Counted from the first letter of the stretch, positions 1 through 10,733 are shown. The stretch is DNA of 64,000 bases from an uncultured delta proteobacterium (GCA_963776345.1 CAVZMH010000016.1:64001-128000), one strand, 5' to 3'. Numbers and translations: made by a program. The notes: a model not told the origin generated them from the sequence alone.

Positions 1-74
1 GATGCGCAGCTCGTTCTGCAGCCCGTCGCGGGGACCGACCTCGTAGACGTCTACCCGCGCCGGGAGTCGGCCCG

Positions 75-479
75 TCAGGCGCGCGGCTGGATGTGCTGGC
101 GGATCCACTGAACGATGTCCTGCGTCGAGCTTCCCGGGGTGAAGATCTCGGACACCCCGAGCTGCTTCAGCCGGGGAATGTCGTCGTCAGGGATGATGCC
201 GCCGCCGAACACCTCGATGTCCCCTGCCTTCTGCTCCTTGAGGAGGTCGATCACCGCGGGGAAGAGCGTCATGTGGGCGCCGGACATGATGGACAGCCCG
301 ATCGCGTCCACGTCCTCCTGCACGGCGGCGGTGACGATCATCTCCGGGGTCTGGTGCAGCCCGGTGTAGATGACCTCCATGCCGGCGTCCCGGAGCGCGC
401 GGGCGATGATCTTCGCCCCACGATCGTGTCCATCCAGACCGGGCTTGGCCACGAGGATTCTGAGCTTTCGGTCAGGCAT
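75..479 (-). CDS. icmB: Cobalamin-binding small subunit of acyl-CoA mutase (IcmB-like)
   Basis: B12-binding DxHxxG motif ([10 protein letters not shown]); stand-alone 134 aa directly downstream of the mutase large subunit. Confidence 0.8.
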   Translation of the reverse strand: MPDRKLRILVAKPGLDGHDRGAKIIARALRDAGMEVIYTGLHQTPEMIVTAAVQEDVDAIGLSIMSGAHMTLFPAVIDLLKEQKAGDIEVFGGGIIPDDDIPRLKQLGVSEIFTPGSSTQDIVQWIRQHIQPRA

Positions 480-484
480 GGCGG

Positions 485-2292
485 TCAGAAGATCCCACCT
501 TCGCGATACTGCCCCCAGACCTTCCGAAAGACATCGGAGATCTCACCCAGAGTCGCGTAGGCCTTCACCGCCTCGAGCACCGGGGGCATGAGGTTGTCCG
601 TCCCACGGGCCGCGGCCTCCACTTTGGCCAGAGCCACCTTCACCGCGGCAGAGTCGCGCTCAGCCTTGACCTGGCGGATCCGGGCGATCTGCTCCTCGGC
701 CACCCGCTCGTCGATCTTCAGGATCTGAACGGGCGCGTCGCCCTCGTTTTGGAAGGCATTGACCCCCACGATGAGGCGTTCGCCCTGCTCCACCTCGCGC
801 TGGTACCGGTAAGCGCTCTCGCCGATCTCCTTCTGGGGGTACGCCTCCTCCACCGCCCGGATGATCCCGCCCATCTCGTCGATGCGCCGGAGGTACTCGA
901 GTGCGCGCTTCTCCATCTCGTCGGTGAGGTACTCGACGTAGTAGCTGCCGCCGAGCGGGTCGACCACGCGGTCCACGCCCGACTCGTGGGCGATCAGCTG
1001 CTGGGTCCGGAGCGCGAGTGTCACGGACTCCTCGGTGGGGAGCGCGTAGGTCTCGTCCAGCGAGTTGGTGTGCAGCGACTGGGTCCCGCCCAGCACCGCG
1101 GCCAGCGCCTGGAGGGCGGTGCGGACCACGTTGTTGTACGGCTGCTGGGCGGTGAGGCTCACCCCGGCGGTCTGGGCGTGGGTGCGGAGCTGCCAGCTCC
1201 GCGGGTCGCGGGCGCCGAAACGGTCGCGCATCACCCGGGCCCAGATGCGGCGGGCGGCGCGGAACTTGGCGATCTCCTCGAAGAAGTCGTTGTGGACGTC
1301 CCAGAAGAACGACAGGCGCGCGGCGAAGTCGTCCACCGCCATGCCCCGCTTGACGCACTCCTCGACGTAGCCGATGCCGTCGGCGAGGGTGAAGGCCAGC
1401 TCCTGGACCGCCGTCGCCCCTGCCTCGCGGATGTGGTACCCGCTGATCGACACCGGGTGCCAGCGCGGCATGTGCCGGCTGCAGAAGTCGATCATGTCGA
1501 CGACGATGCGCACCGCGGGACGGGGTGGAACGATCCACTCCTTCTGGGCGATGTACTCCTTCAGCATGTCGTTCTGGATGGTGCCCCCGAGCTTCTCCAT
1601 GGGGACGCCCTGCTTCTCGGCCACCGCGATGTACATGCACAGCGCCACGATGGCCGAGGCGTTGATGGTCATCGAGGTGGTGACCTGATCGAGCGGGATG
1701 CCGTCGAAGAGGATCTCGAGGTCGCGGAGGGTGGAGATGGCCACGCCCTCCTTGCCGACCTCCCCCGGCTCATCGGGTGGTCGGCGTCGTAGCCCATGAG
1801 GGCCGGCATGTCGAAGGCGGTGGAGAGCCCCGTCGTGCCGTGCGCCATGAGGTACTTGAAGCGCTGGTTGGTGTCGTCCGGCGAGCCAAAGCCGGCGAAC
1901 ATCCGCATCGTCCACAGCCGGCTGCGGTACATCGTCGGCTGGACGCCGCGGGTGTACGGGAACTGTCCGGGGAGCCCGAGGTCGCCGAGGTCCTCGCCGG
2001 CCCGCTCGGCCGGAGTGACCACGGTGGGGACGGGGATGCCCGAGTCGGTCATGAACTCCGTCCGGCGCGACGGCGCGCTGGCGATGCTCCTCGCGACCTC
2101 AGCCCGCTCCCAGGCCCTCTTCGCCGAGGCGAGCTGCCGCACGGTGGCGGCGTCATAGGTCCGGAGCGCGGGGCGGCCCTTCTTGGCCTCGGGGGCGGGC
2201 TTGCGGGCCTTCGCTCGCGTCGGGCGGGCGGTCCGGGGGCTCTTCACGAGGCGCAGCTTCTTCGGGGAACGCCGGACGGGAGGCATGGGCAC
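485..2292 (-). CDS. icmA: Acyl-CoA mutase large (substrate-binding) subunit, isobutyryl-CoA mutase type; one frameshift near 1765
   Basis: [42 protein letters not shown] and GGTQSLHTN motifs split over ORFs 1669..2292 and 485..1915; one G appears missing from a G-run (MSRG/EVGK). Confidence 0.8.
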
Positions 2293-2522
2293 CCCGGCCC
2301 TCTAGCATCGGGATCGGGCCCCTTCAATCACTCGGAGTTCCTCGAAGTTCCCGGAGAAGCGGGGCTTCCCCAGGGAGCCGGAGCAAGCGACGAGACTGAG
2401 CCCCGAGGCCTAGATGCGGGCCGGTTTCTGCTCACTTCGATGAATCTGCGCCAGTTATTGCTCAGTCCATTGAGTTGGTCCAAGTGATTGAGTTTCTTAG
2501 GCTTTTGTCCCATCCGGTTTGC

Positions 2523-2551
2523 TTGACTACACGGGAAGCGGTCCGTACAAG
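2523..2551 (+). promoter_or_regulatory. Putative sigma70 promoter of the spt operon
   Basis: TTGACT-N17-TACAAG in an AT-richer intergenic stretch; AAGGAGG SD-like sequence before ATG 2609. Confidence 0.55.
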
Positions 2552-2608
2552 CTTCCCCGCCTCGAGAGGAGGCCTCTTCCAAGGTCCCTCGAAGGAGGGG
2601 ACTCTTCC

Positions 2609-4144
2609 ATGCGCGACGTCTTCGACAAGTGCAGCGCCTTCAAGGACGACAAGATCGCCAAGGCGACCGGCCTGTACCCGTACTTCCGCCCCATCGAGGC
2701 GTCGCACAACAGCACCGAGGTCGACATCGAGGGCCGCCGGGTCATCATGGTCGGCTCCAACAACTACCTCGGGCTCGCCGGTGACCCGCGGGTCAAGGAG
2801 GCGGCGATCGAGGCGATCCGCCGCTTCGGCAGCACCTGCTCCGGGAGCCGGTTGCTGAACGGGACGCTCACCCTGCACGAGGAGCTCGAGGCGCGGCTGG
2901 CCAAGTTCCTCAACCGCGAGGCCGCCCTGGTCTGCTCCACCGGGTTCCAGACCAACGTGGCCACGGTCTCGGCCATCCTCGGCCGGCACGACATCGTCTT
3001 CACCGACCGGCAGAACCACGCCTCGCTGGTGGACGGCGTCCGGCTCGGCTTCGCCGAGGAGAAGCGCTACCGGCACCAGGACATGGGCCACCTCGAGTCG
3101 ATGCTCGAGGCAGCGGACCCCGAGGCCGGGAAGATCATCATCACCGACGGCGTGTTCTCGATGGAGGGGGACCTGTGCAACCTCCCCAAGATCGTCGAGC
3201 TCGCCCAGAAGTTCCGCGCCCGGGTGATGACCGATGACGCCCACGCCATGGGCGTGCTCGGCGCGCACGGCCGCGGCACCGCCGAGTACTTCGGGCTGGA
3301 GGCCCAGACCGACCTGGTCATGGGCACCTTCAGCAAGAGCTTCGCCAGCCTGGGCGGCGTCATCGCCGGCCCCTACGACGTCATCAACTACGTCAAGCAC
3401 CGCGCCCGCCCCGTGGTCTTCAGCGCCTCGATGACCCCGGCGCAGGTCGCCGCCGCGCTCAAGGCCCTGGACATCATCGAGGCCGAGCCCCAGCGCCGCG
3501 CCCGCCTGCTCGACATCGCCGAGAAGATGCACAACGGCTTCCGGGCGATGGGCTTCGACACCGGCGTGTCGGTCACCCCGGTCGTCCCGGTGCTGGTCGG
3601 GGACCAGGTGAAGTGCTTCCGCTTCTGGAAGGCGCTCTTCGAGGCCGGGGTGTTCACCAACCCGGTCATCCCGCCGGCGGTGGAGCCCGGGCACGCCCTG
3701 CTCCGGACCAGCTACATGGCCACCCACACCGACGCGCAGCTCGACCGGGTGCTCGAGGCGTTCGAGAAGATCGGCCGCCGGATGAGCATCATCCCGGAGA
3801 CCCGCCCCACCAGCTATGCCCAGGTGAAGGTCGCCCGTCCGGGCACCTTCGTCACCGCCAACCAGGCCTCCCAGCGCTGGGCCGCGGCCTCCGCCGGCCT
3901 CCTCGCCGACCGTGGCCTGTCGCTCGAGGCCATCTCCAAGCTCTCCGGCCGCGAGATGGCCCGGAAGCTGGCCGATGCCGTCGAGACGCTGACCTGGCGG
4001 GCGGCAAATCTCCAACCCGACGACCTCAAGCGGCTCGGTTCTGCCCCCTTGCGTCTGTGGGGGAAGCGGACCGAGATCCCGGGCCTGATCCTCGAGAAGG
4101 GCGCCAACCTCTTCATGAAGAACGGCAAGCAGCCCGACGCCTGA
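2609..4144 (+). CDS. spt: Serine palmitoyltransferase (alpha-oxoamine synthase family) with ~110 aa C-terminal extension
   Basis: GSNNYLGL, CSGSRLLNGT, DDAH and PLP-lysine motif GTFSKS; neighbours resemble ceramide synthase and reductase. Confidence 0.8.
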   Translation: MRDVFDKCSAFKDDKIAKATGLYPYFRPIEASHNSTEVDIEGRRVIMVGSNNYLGLAGDPRVKEAAIEAIRRFGSTCSGSRLLNGTLTLHEELEARLAKFLNREAALVCSTGFQTNVATVSAILGRHDIVFTDRQNHASLVDGVRLGFAEEKRYRHQDMGHLESMLEAADPEAGKIIITDGVFSMEGDLCNLPKIVELAQKFRARVMTDDAHAMGVLGAHGRGTAEYFGLEAQTDLVMGTFSKSFASLGGVIAGPYDVINYVKHRARPVVFSASMTPAQVAAALKALDIIEAEPQRRARLLDIAEKMHNGFRAMGFDTGVSVTPVVPVLVGDQVKCFRFWKALFEAGVFTNPVIPPAVEPGHALLRTSYMATHTDAQLDRVLEAFEKIGRRMSIIPETRPTSYAQVKVARPGTFVTANQASQRWAAASAGLLADRGLSLEAISKLSGREMARKLADAVETLTWRAANLQPDDLKRLGSAPLRLWGKRTEIPGLILEKGANLFMKNGKQPDA

Positions 4145-4169
4145 GCGAGCGCCCCGGAGTCACGACCGC

Positions 4170-5351
4170 ATGCCCGCTTCCGTGAAGAAGCTACGAGTGG
4201 TGGAGACCGCTGCGCCCGCGGGGTCGGACGTCACCGTCACCCCGGTGCAGAGTGCCCAGGACCGGGAGGCCTTCATCCGGTTCCCGTACACCCTCTACGC
4301 CGGCGACCCGAACTGGGTGCCGCCGCTGGAGATGGAGCGGAAGGACTTCCTGAACCCGAAGAAGAACCCCTGGTTCGAGTTCGGCAACGCCGAGCTGTTC
4401 CTCGCCCGCAGGGGCGGCCAGGTGGTGGGCCGCATCGCCGCCGTCGACGACCCGCACTGGAACGACTTCTACAAGAGCCGGCTCGGCTTCTTCGGGATGT
4501 TCGAGTCCATCAACGACCCGGCGGTGGCGAAGGGGCTGTTCGACGCCGCGGCGGCCTGGGTGAAGGCGCAGGGCTTCCCCGAGATGATGGGACCCTTCAA
4601 CTTCAGCACCAACTACGAGTGCGCGGTGCTGGTCGAGGGCTTCGAGGCGCCCCCCGCGGTGATGATGACCTACAACCCCCGGTACTACGACGCGCTGTAC
4701 GCCGGGGCAGGCTTCACCAAGGCCAAGGACCTCTGGGCCTACGAGCTCTCCGCCTCCATTCCGCCGCCCGAGCGGGTGGTGCGGGTGGCGGAGAAGATCC
4801 GCCAGCGCGAGGGGCTGGTCGTCCGCTCCATCCGAATGGAGGACTTCCCCGCCGAGGTTCGCCGGGTGAAGGACATCTACAACGCGGCCTGGGAGGACAA
4901 CTGGGGCTTCGTCCCCATGACCGACCGCGAGTTCGACCACATGGCCAAGGAGATGAAGGCCATCCTCCGCCCGGAGCTGGTGCTGATCGCCGAGGTGAAG
5001 GGTGAGCCGGTGGCGTTCTCCATGACCATCCCCGACGCCAACGTCGCCCTGAAGGCCGCCGGCGGTCGCCTCACCCGCTTCGGGCTGCCCATCGGGCTGT
5101 TGAAGCTCCTGCTCGCCGCGCGGCGGATCCGCCGGCTGCGCCTCGTCACCCTCGGCATCAAGGAGGGGTTCCGCAAGCGCGGCATCGACGCGGTGCTCTA
5201 CCTGGACACCCTGAACACCGCGAAGAAGCTCGGCTACACCAGCGGCGAGATCTCCTGGACGCTCGAGGACAACCATCTGGTGAACCGGGCGATCGAGATG
5301 ATGGGCGGCAAGAGGACCAAGACCTACCGGGTGTACCGGCGGGCGGTCTGA
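4170..5351 (+). CDS. YghO-like tandem GNAT acyltransferase, putative bacterial ceramide synthase
   Basis: DPNWVPPL, KNPWF, VGRIAA, YNPRYY, AWEDNWGF and EISWTLEDN motifs; directly downstream of spt. Confidence 0.7.
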   Translation: MPASVKKLRVVETAAPAGSDVTVTPVQSAQDREAFIRFPYTLYAGDPNWVPPLEMERKDFLNPKKNPWFEFGNAELFLARRGGQVVGRIAAVDDPHWNDFYKSRLGFFGMFESINDPAVAKGLFDAAAAWVKAQGFPEMMGPFNFSTNYECAVLVEGFEAPPAVMMTYNPRYYDALYAGAGFTKAKDLWAYELSASIPPPERVVRVAEKIRQREGLVVRSIRMEDFPAEVRRVKDIYNAAWEDNWGFVPMTDREFDHMAKEMKAILRPELVLIAEVKGEPVAFSMTIPDANVALKAAGGRLTRFGLPIGLLKLLLAARRIRRLRLVTLGIKEGFRKRGIDAVLYLDTLNTAKKLGYTSGEISWTLEDNHLVNRAIEMMGGKRTKTYRVYRRAV

Positions 5352-5377
5352 GCCCGACCCCGGAGCGACACACGACG

Positions 5378-6379
5378 ATGAAGGTTCTTCTCACCGGTGG
5401 CAGCGGCTTCGTCGGCGGGCAGCTGGCGAAGCTCCTCGTGGCGCGAGGGCACGAGGTCATTGCCCTCGTCCGTCGCTCGTCGAAGGTGGACGGGCTGAAG
5501 GCGCTCGGGGTTCGGGTGACGGTGGCGGATCTGCACACCGGCGACGGGGTGGACGAGGCCGTCCGGGGCGTTGAGGTGGTGCAGCACGTGGCCGGCGTCA
5601 CCAAGGCGCGGAGCGAGGAGGAGTACCTTCGCGGAAACGCCGAGACCACGCGGATGCTGGCCTCGGTGCTGGCACGGCAGAAGCGCCCTCCCCGGTTCGT
5701 CCTCTGCTCGTCGCTCGCCGCCGCCGGACCGGCGCGCATCGGCAAGCCGCGTACCGAGGATGAGCAGCCGGCCCCGGTGTCGATGTACGGGCGAAGCAAG
5801 CTCGCCGCCGAGCAGGCCGCGCGCGAGTTCGCCGACCGGGTGCCCACCGTCATCGTGCGGCCGCCGTTCGTCTACGGCCCCGGGGACCTCACCAACCTTC
5901 CCCCGCTGATCGCCATGGGAAGGACGGGCGTCTATCTGAAGGCGGGCCTCGGCCCGAAGCACTTCAGCTTCGTGCACGTGGACGACCTCAACCAGGCGCT
6001 GATCGCCGCCGCCGAGCGGGGGAAGACGCTCAGCCGCGAGGACCCCACCCAGGGCGTCTACTTCGCCTCCGACCCCAACCCCTACAGCTGGGAGGACTTC
6101 TGCTCGGCGCTGAGCCGGGCGCTGGGCCGGGGCAAACCACGGGTCGTCTCGCTCCCCGAGTTCGTGGGCTGGGCGACCGGCGCTGGCGCCGAGCTCGGCA
6201 GCCGGCTCCTGGGCAAGGTGTCGATCATGAACCGGGACAAGGCGAAGGAGATGGCCCAGGAGGCCTGGACCTGCTCGCCGGCCCGCGCCACCGAGGAGAT
6301 CGGCTTCCGGCCGGACTACCTCCTGGACCCCGGCCTCGAGAACACCGTCGCGTGGTACCGCACCCAGGGACTGGCATGA
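5378..6379 (+). CDS. NAD-dependent epimerase/dehydratase-type (extended SDR) reductase, candidate ceramide or keto-sphinganine reductase
   Basis: TGGSGFVG Rossmann motif and YGRSK catalytic YxxxK; inside the spt operon. Confidence 0.7.
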   Translation: MKVLLTGGSGFVGGQLAKLLVARGHEVIALVRRSSKVDGLKALGVRVTVADLHTGDGVDEAVRGVEVVQHVAGVTKARSEEEYLRGNAETTRMLASVLARQKRPPRFVLCSSLAAAGPARIGKPRTEDEQPAPVSMYGRSKLAAEQAAREFADRVPTVIVRPPFVYGPGDLTNLPPLIAMGRTGVYLKAGLGPKHFSFVHVDDLNQALIAAAERGKTLSREDPTQGVYFASDPNPYSWEDFCSALSRALGRGKPRVVSLPEFVGWATGAGAELGSRLLGKVSIMNRDKAKEMAQEAWTCSPARATEEIGFRPDYLLDPGLENTVAWYRTQGLA

Positions 6380-7594
6380 GCTCCACCTCCGTTCGACCCC
6401 TCCGCACACCAGGCCGCTCCAGGGCGGCGAAGTCCACGCCCGCCCCGGCGACCACGAGCTCCGCCCTCCAGGTGACCCCGGTCCGCTCCAGCCAGGAGCT
6501 GGACGAGTTCATCCGCTTCCAGCTCGAGCTGTACCGGGACGACCCGTACTTCGTGCCGCCCATCGTGGCCGAGCGGCGCGACTTCCTGAACCGGAAGAAG
6601 AACCCCTTCTTCACCCACGCCGAGGTGGAGCTGTTCCTCGCCCGGCGCAACGGCAAGGTGGTCGGCCGGATCGCCGCCATCGACGACGCGCTCTGGAACC
6701 AGTTCCACAACAGCGAGACCGGCTTCTTCGGGATGTTCGACGCGCCGAACGATCCCGGAGGTCGCCGGGGCGCTGCTCGACGCGGCAGCGGGGTTCGCCC
6801 GCTCCCGGGGGATGAAGACGCTCACCGGACCGGTGAACCTCTCCACCAACCACGACTGCGGCGTCCTGATCGAGGGCTTCGAGTTCCCGCCGGCGATGAT
6901 GATGCCGTACAACTACCGGTACTACGGCGCGCTGCTCGAGGGCTGGGGTCTGAAGAAGATGCGGGACCTCTACGCCTACGACATCTCGGCGGCGATGACC
7001 CCGCCGGAGAAGATGGTGCGGATCGCCGAGCGGCTGAAGGAATCCGAGCAGGTGCGGGTCCGGCCGCTGAACGTGCACGACCTGCCGGAGGAGATCCGGC
7101 GCCTGAAGAGCATCTACAACGCGATGCTCGACCGGAACTGGCTCTTCCTCCCGATGAACGAGGAGGAGTTCGACTCGATCACCGCCCGGCTCCGGCCGCT
7201 GGTGCGCGTCCGCCCGGAGCTGTGCCTCATCGCCGAGGTGAAGAACGAGCCGGTGGCGTTCTGCATCACCCTCCCCGACTCGAACCTGGCCATCCGCGCC
7301 GCCGGCGGGAAGCTCACCCGGTGGGGCCTTCCGGTGGGCCTGGCCCGGATGGCGTGGGCGGCGCGGCGCATCGAGCGGCTGCGCGTGTTGCTCTTCGGCA
7401 TCAAGCCCGGGTACCGGCGGCGCGGGCTGGACGCGCTCCTGGGCATCGAGACGCTCCGGGCGGCCCGGCGGCTCGGGTACGACGGCGCCGAGCTCGGCTG
7501 GACCACCGAGGACAACGAGCTGATGAACCGGGCCATCGAGTCGATGGGCGCGCGCCGGTACAAGACGTACCGGATCTACGACAAGACCCTGTAG
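6376..7594 (+). CDS. Second YghO/bCerS-like GNAT paralog; frameshift near 6755
   Basis: Same motifs as 4170..5351 (KKNPFF, VGRIAA, GWTTEDN, KTYRIY); ATGA overlap with the upstream stop; extra base in gatcccggag splits it into two ORFs. Confidence 0.7.
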
Positions 7595-7897
7595 GTCGGC
7601 CGGGGCCCAGGCATGATCGCGCCGGCCATCCAGACGCGCTCCCCGCCGACCGGGATCGTCGTCTCGAACTCGATCGGCAAGATCCACGACGGGCTGCGCC
7701 CGAGGGCCCGAGCCAGCTCACGAGGTGCGAGCTGCTCCACGATCGAGAACCCTGGGGTGCTGAGCGAAGTCGCCCGACCGGAGCAAGTGACAGGGTTTCC
7801 ACCGACCGGTCCTCGGCATCGTCGCCCTCCCCTGCGAGTCCGCCACCTTGTCACACTCGCCCGCATCGGCGCGTCTTGAGGATAGGCTCCCACGCCC

Positions 7898-8377
7898 ATG
7901 TGGAACCTCGCCCACCTGCACATCGCCATCAACCACATCCCCGTGGTGCTCGTTCCAGCGGCGTTCTTCATCTTCGCGGTCGCCGCTTGGCGGAAGTCGG
8001 TCCCGGTGCTGCGGACCGGCATCGTGATCGCCTGGGTCTCCGGCCTCTTCGCACTCGCCTCGTACTTCACCGGTGACGCCGCCGCGGATCTCGTGATGGC
8101 GGCCGAGAAGGCGCAGCAGAAGACGCTGGACCCCCTCGTCGGCGCGCACGACGACTCGGCTGGATGGGCGCTCGGCGCCTCGCTCCTGCTGGCGGCCGCC
8201 GGGGTGTGGGGCTGGCGCCGTGGCACGCTCGGCCGGGAGGTCACCGTGCCGCTCCTGGTCCTCTCCGCGCTCGGCACGGCCATCGTGCTGCGGACGGCCG
8301 AGCTCGGGGGTCAGATTCGCCACCCCGAGGCGCGGTCCGGCTTCGTCGCCCCCGTCCAGCACGAGCAGGAGAAGTAG
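7898..8377 (+). CDS. Membrane protein, DUF2231-like
   Basis: HLHIAINHIP N-terminus, four hydrophobic helices, GGQIRHPE C-terminal motif. Confidence 0.55.
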   Translation: MWNLAHLHIAINHIPVVLVPAAFFIFAVAAWRKSVPVLRTGIVIAWVSGLFALASYFTGDAAADLVMAAEKAQQKTLDPLVGAHDDSAGWALGASLLLAAAGVWGWRRGTLGREVTVPLLVLSALGTAIVLRTAELGGQIRHPEARSGFVAPVQHEQEK

Positions 8378-8520
8378 TCCCGGAGCACGCCGGACCCACC
8401 ACCCGCCCCTGACCGTCGGGCCAGGGCGCCGACGAGCGCAGCGGAGAGATGACAGGCTCCCGCCGGAGCGTGTAACACCGGGCCATCGTTCGCCGTCCCG
8501 AGGGAGCTCCGGAGAACCCC

Positions 8521-9441
8521 ATGCGCCTGACCGATCGCGTGAAGCAGATCCTGTCCTGGTACCCGTCCGACAACCCGGGCACCAAGATGAACCTCGCCCG
8601 GTTGCTCAACACCGGGACGCTCGCCGGGACCGGCAAGCTGGTCATCCTCCCGGTGGACCAGGGCTTCGAGCACGGCCCGGCGCGGTCCTTCGCGCCGAAC
8701 CCGCCCGGCTACGATCCGGACTATCACGTGCAGCTGGCCATCGAGTCGGGCTGCAACGCGTACGCCGCGCCCCTCGGATTCCTGGAGGCGGTGGCGGGCA
8801 ACCACACGATGGAGATTCCCCTCATCCTCAAGCTCAACAACTCGGACTCGCTGAGCAAGCTCGAGCCGGCGTCGGCCATCACCGGCTCGGTGAAGGACGC
8901 GGTGCGGCTCGGCTGCGCCGCGGTGGGCTACACCATCTATCCCGGGAGCGGGCAGCGCAACGTGCTCCTCCAGGAGCTCCGGGAGATCATCGAGGAGGCC
9001 AAGGAGCACGGCCTTCCCACCGTGGTCTGGGCGTACGTCCGTGGCGCGGGTGTCCCGAAGGAGAACGAGACCGCCGTCGACCTCATCGCCTACGCCGCGC
9101 AGGAGGCGGCCCAGATGGGCGCCCACGTGGTGAAGGTGAAGCCGCCCAAGGACGCGGTCGAGCTCGCCGAGGCCAAGAAGGTCTACGAGAAGTACGCCAT
9201 CCCCACCAAGACGCTCGCCGAGCGCGTGCGCCACGTGGTCCAGAGCTGCTTCAACGGCAAGCGGATCATCATCTTCTCGGGCGGCGAGGCCAAGGACACC
9301 CCGGCGGTGCTGGAGGAGATCCGGGGCATCCGTGATGGCGGCGGCTTCGGGTCCATCATGGGCCGCAACGCCTTCCAGCGTCCGAAGGACGAGGCGATCA
9401 AGCTTCTCAAGGACGTGATGGCCATCCACCAGGGCAAGTGA
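8521..9441 (+). CDS. fbaB: Class I fructose-bisphosphate aldolase (DhnA type)
   Basis: LPVDQGFEHGP, Schiff-base KVK, FSGG and GRNAFQR motifs. Confidence 0.9.
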   Translation: MRLTDRVKQILSWYPSDNPGTKMNLARLLNTGTLAGTGKLVILPVDQGFEHGPARSFAPNPPGYDPDYHVQLAIESGCNAYAAPLGFLEAVAGNHTMEIPLILKLNNSDSLSKLEPASAITGSVKDAVRLGCAAVGYTIYPGSGQRNVLLQELREIIEEAKEHGLPTVVWAYVRGAGVPKENETAVDLIAYAAQEAAQMGAHVVKVKPPKDAVELAEAKKVYEKYAIPTKTLAERVRHVVQSCFNGKRIIIFSGGEAKDTPAVLEEIRGIRDGGGFGSIMGRNAFQRPKDEAIKLLKDVMAIHQGK

Positions 9442-9481
9442 GCGCGCCCGCGGGCGCGCCCCCATGCCGCTGGACGCGCCC

Positions 9482-10733
9482 TCAGAGCGAGCTCAGGAAG
9501 GCGATCAGCGCCGCCTGCTCGTCCGGCGAGGACCTCGCGAAGCGCTCGCGGGCGCGGCGACCCTGACCATCGTGAGCGAGGATCGCCTCGCTCATCGTCG
9601 TGGCCCGGCCGTCGTGCAGGTAACGGGTGAACGCGGAGATCCCCCAGAGTGGCGCGGTCCGGAACTCGCGGCCCCGCGCATCTCCGGTCTCGATCCCGTC
9701 CCCCAGGCTCCCCATGTCGTGCAGCAGGAAGTCCGAGTACGGGTGGAAGATCACGTGGTCGAGGCTCGCCACCGGCGAGTCCCCGGTCCGGAAGGTGTCC
9801 CAGTGGCAGTGCGTGCAGCCCGCGGCGGAGAAGAGCCGTCTGCCGTTCGCCGTCTGCTGTGTGAAAGGCTTCCTCGGCGGAGGTGCGAGCAGGGTCATGA
9901 AGTCGGTGAAGGCGACGATGCCGGAGCCGTCGTCGTTGAGCGTCGGCATCGGGTTGCAGGCCAGCAGGCTGCAGTCGCCGTTCGGGCAGTTCTCGTCCGG
10001 GAATTCGGAACTGGTGACCCCCATCTCGTTCAGGTACGCGTCGCCAGCGAACTGGTGGAGGGTCGGCACCTGGTTCTTCCAGCCGAAACGCCCCACCGCG
10101 TCCCGGTTCCGGGCGATGTCGTGCACCGTCGCCACCCGGCCGGCCTCGTCGGGCCAGATGGCCTGCTCGAGGCGGGCGACGTAGCCGAAGGTGCTCTCCG
10201 GGACGGCGTCGACCAGCCCCAGCCCGAACAGCGGCGTGGTCCGGCGCAGCGAGACGACGTTGGCCTCCGGAGGCACCGTCTCCCCTGTGAAGTCGCAGCT
10301 CCCGGCCGGTCCGATTCCCCGGACCTGGATGAGCGAGCCTCCGCGCGCGGTCAGGGGGTCGAAGCGACCATCGGCGCCCACCGCGCCGAAGCGAGTCTCC
10401 AGCGTGGCGTTGCTTCCACCCACGCCGGGATCCGAGTGGCACCGGGCGCACGAGGTGTCGTTGAACACCGGCCCGAGGCCCTCCTCGGGAGTCTCGTCGG
10501 TCTCGAACTCGTCCTTCCCCGCGGCGAAGCGCGCGACCTCCGCTCGCCTCAGCCCCGGCAGCGGATCTCCGAACCGTGCCTGCAGCGGCACGTGCAGCCC
10601 GGTCGTCGCCGAGGCGATGTCCTGGTCGGCCTCGGGTTCCGCCGGCAGCGGGCCGACGGTTCCGGTGCCACACCCGGCGCTGCCGAGCAGCAGCGCGAGC
10701 GACACGGTTCTCGACTTTCTGTACGACGTTCAT
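9482..10733 (-). CDS. Di-heme oxidoreductase family (DUF1111-like) lipoprotein
   Basis: Two CxxCH (CARCH, CTHCH), GLGPVFN, GRFGWK, FRTAPLWG, YLHDGRA; lipobox-like SAGC; SD-preceded ATG at 10733 is out of frame with ORF 9482..10705 (probable indel). Confidence 0.75.

Noticed and set aside
1755..1775. Programmed ribosomal frameshift in the mutase gene
   Set aside because: No slippery heptamer or stimulator; a homopolymer indel is simpler given the window-wide error pattern
7600..7890. Possible ncRNA or small gene between the GNAT and DUF2231-like genes
   Set aside because: Only a short unassignable minus-strand coding-like stretch; no start signal or recognisable RNA motif
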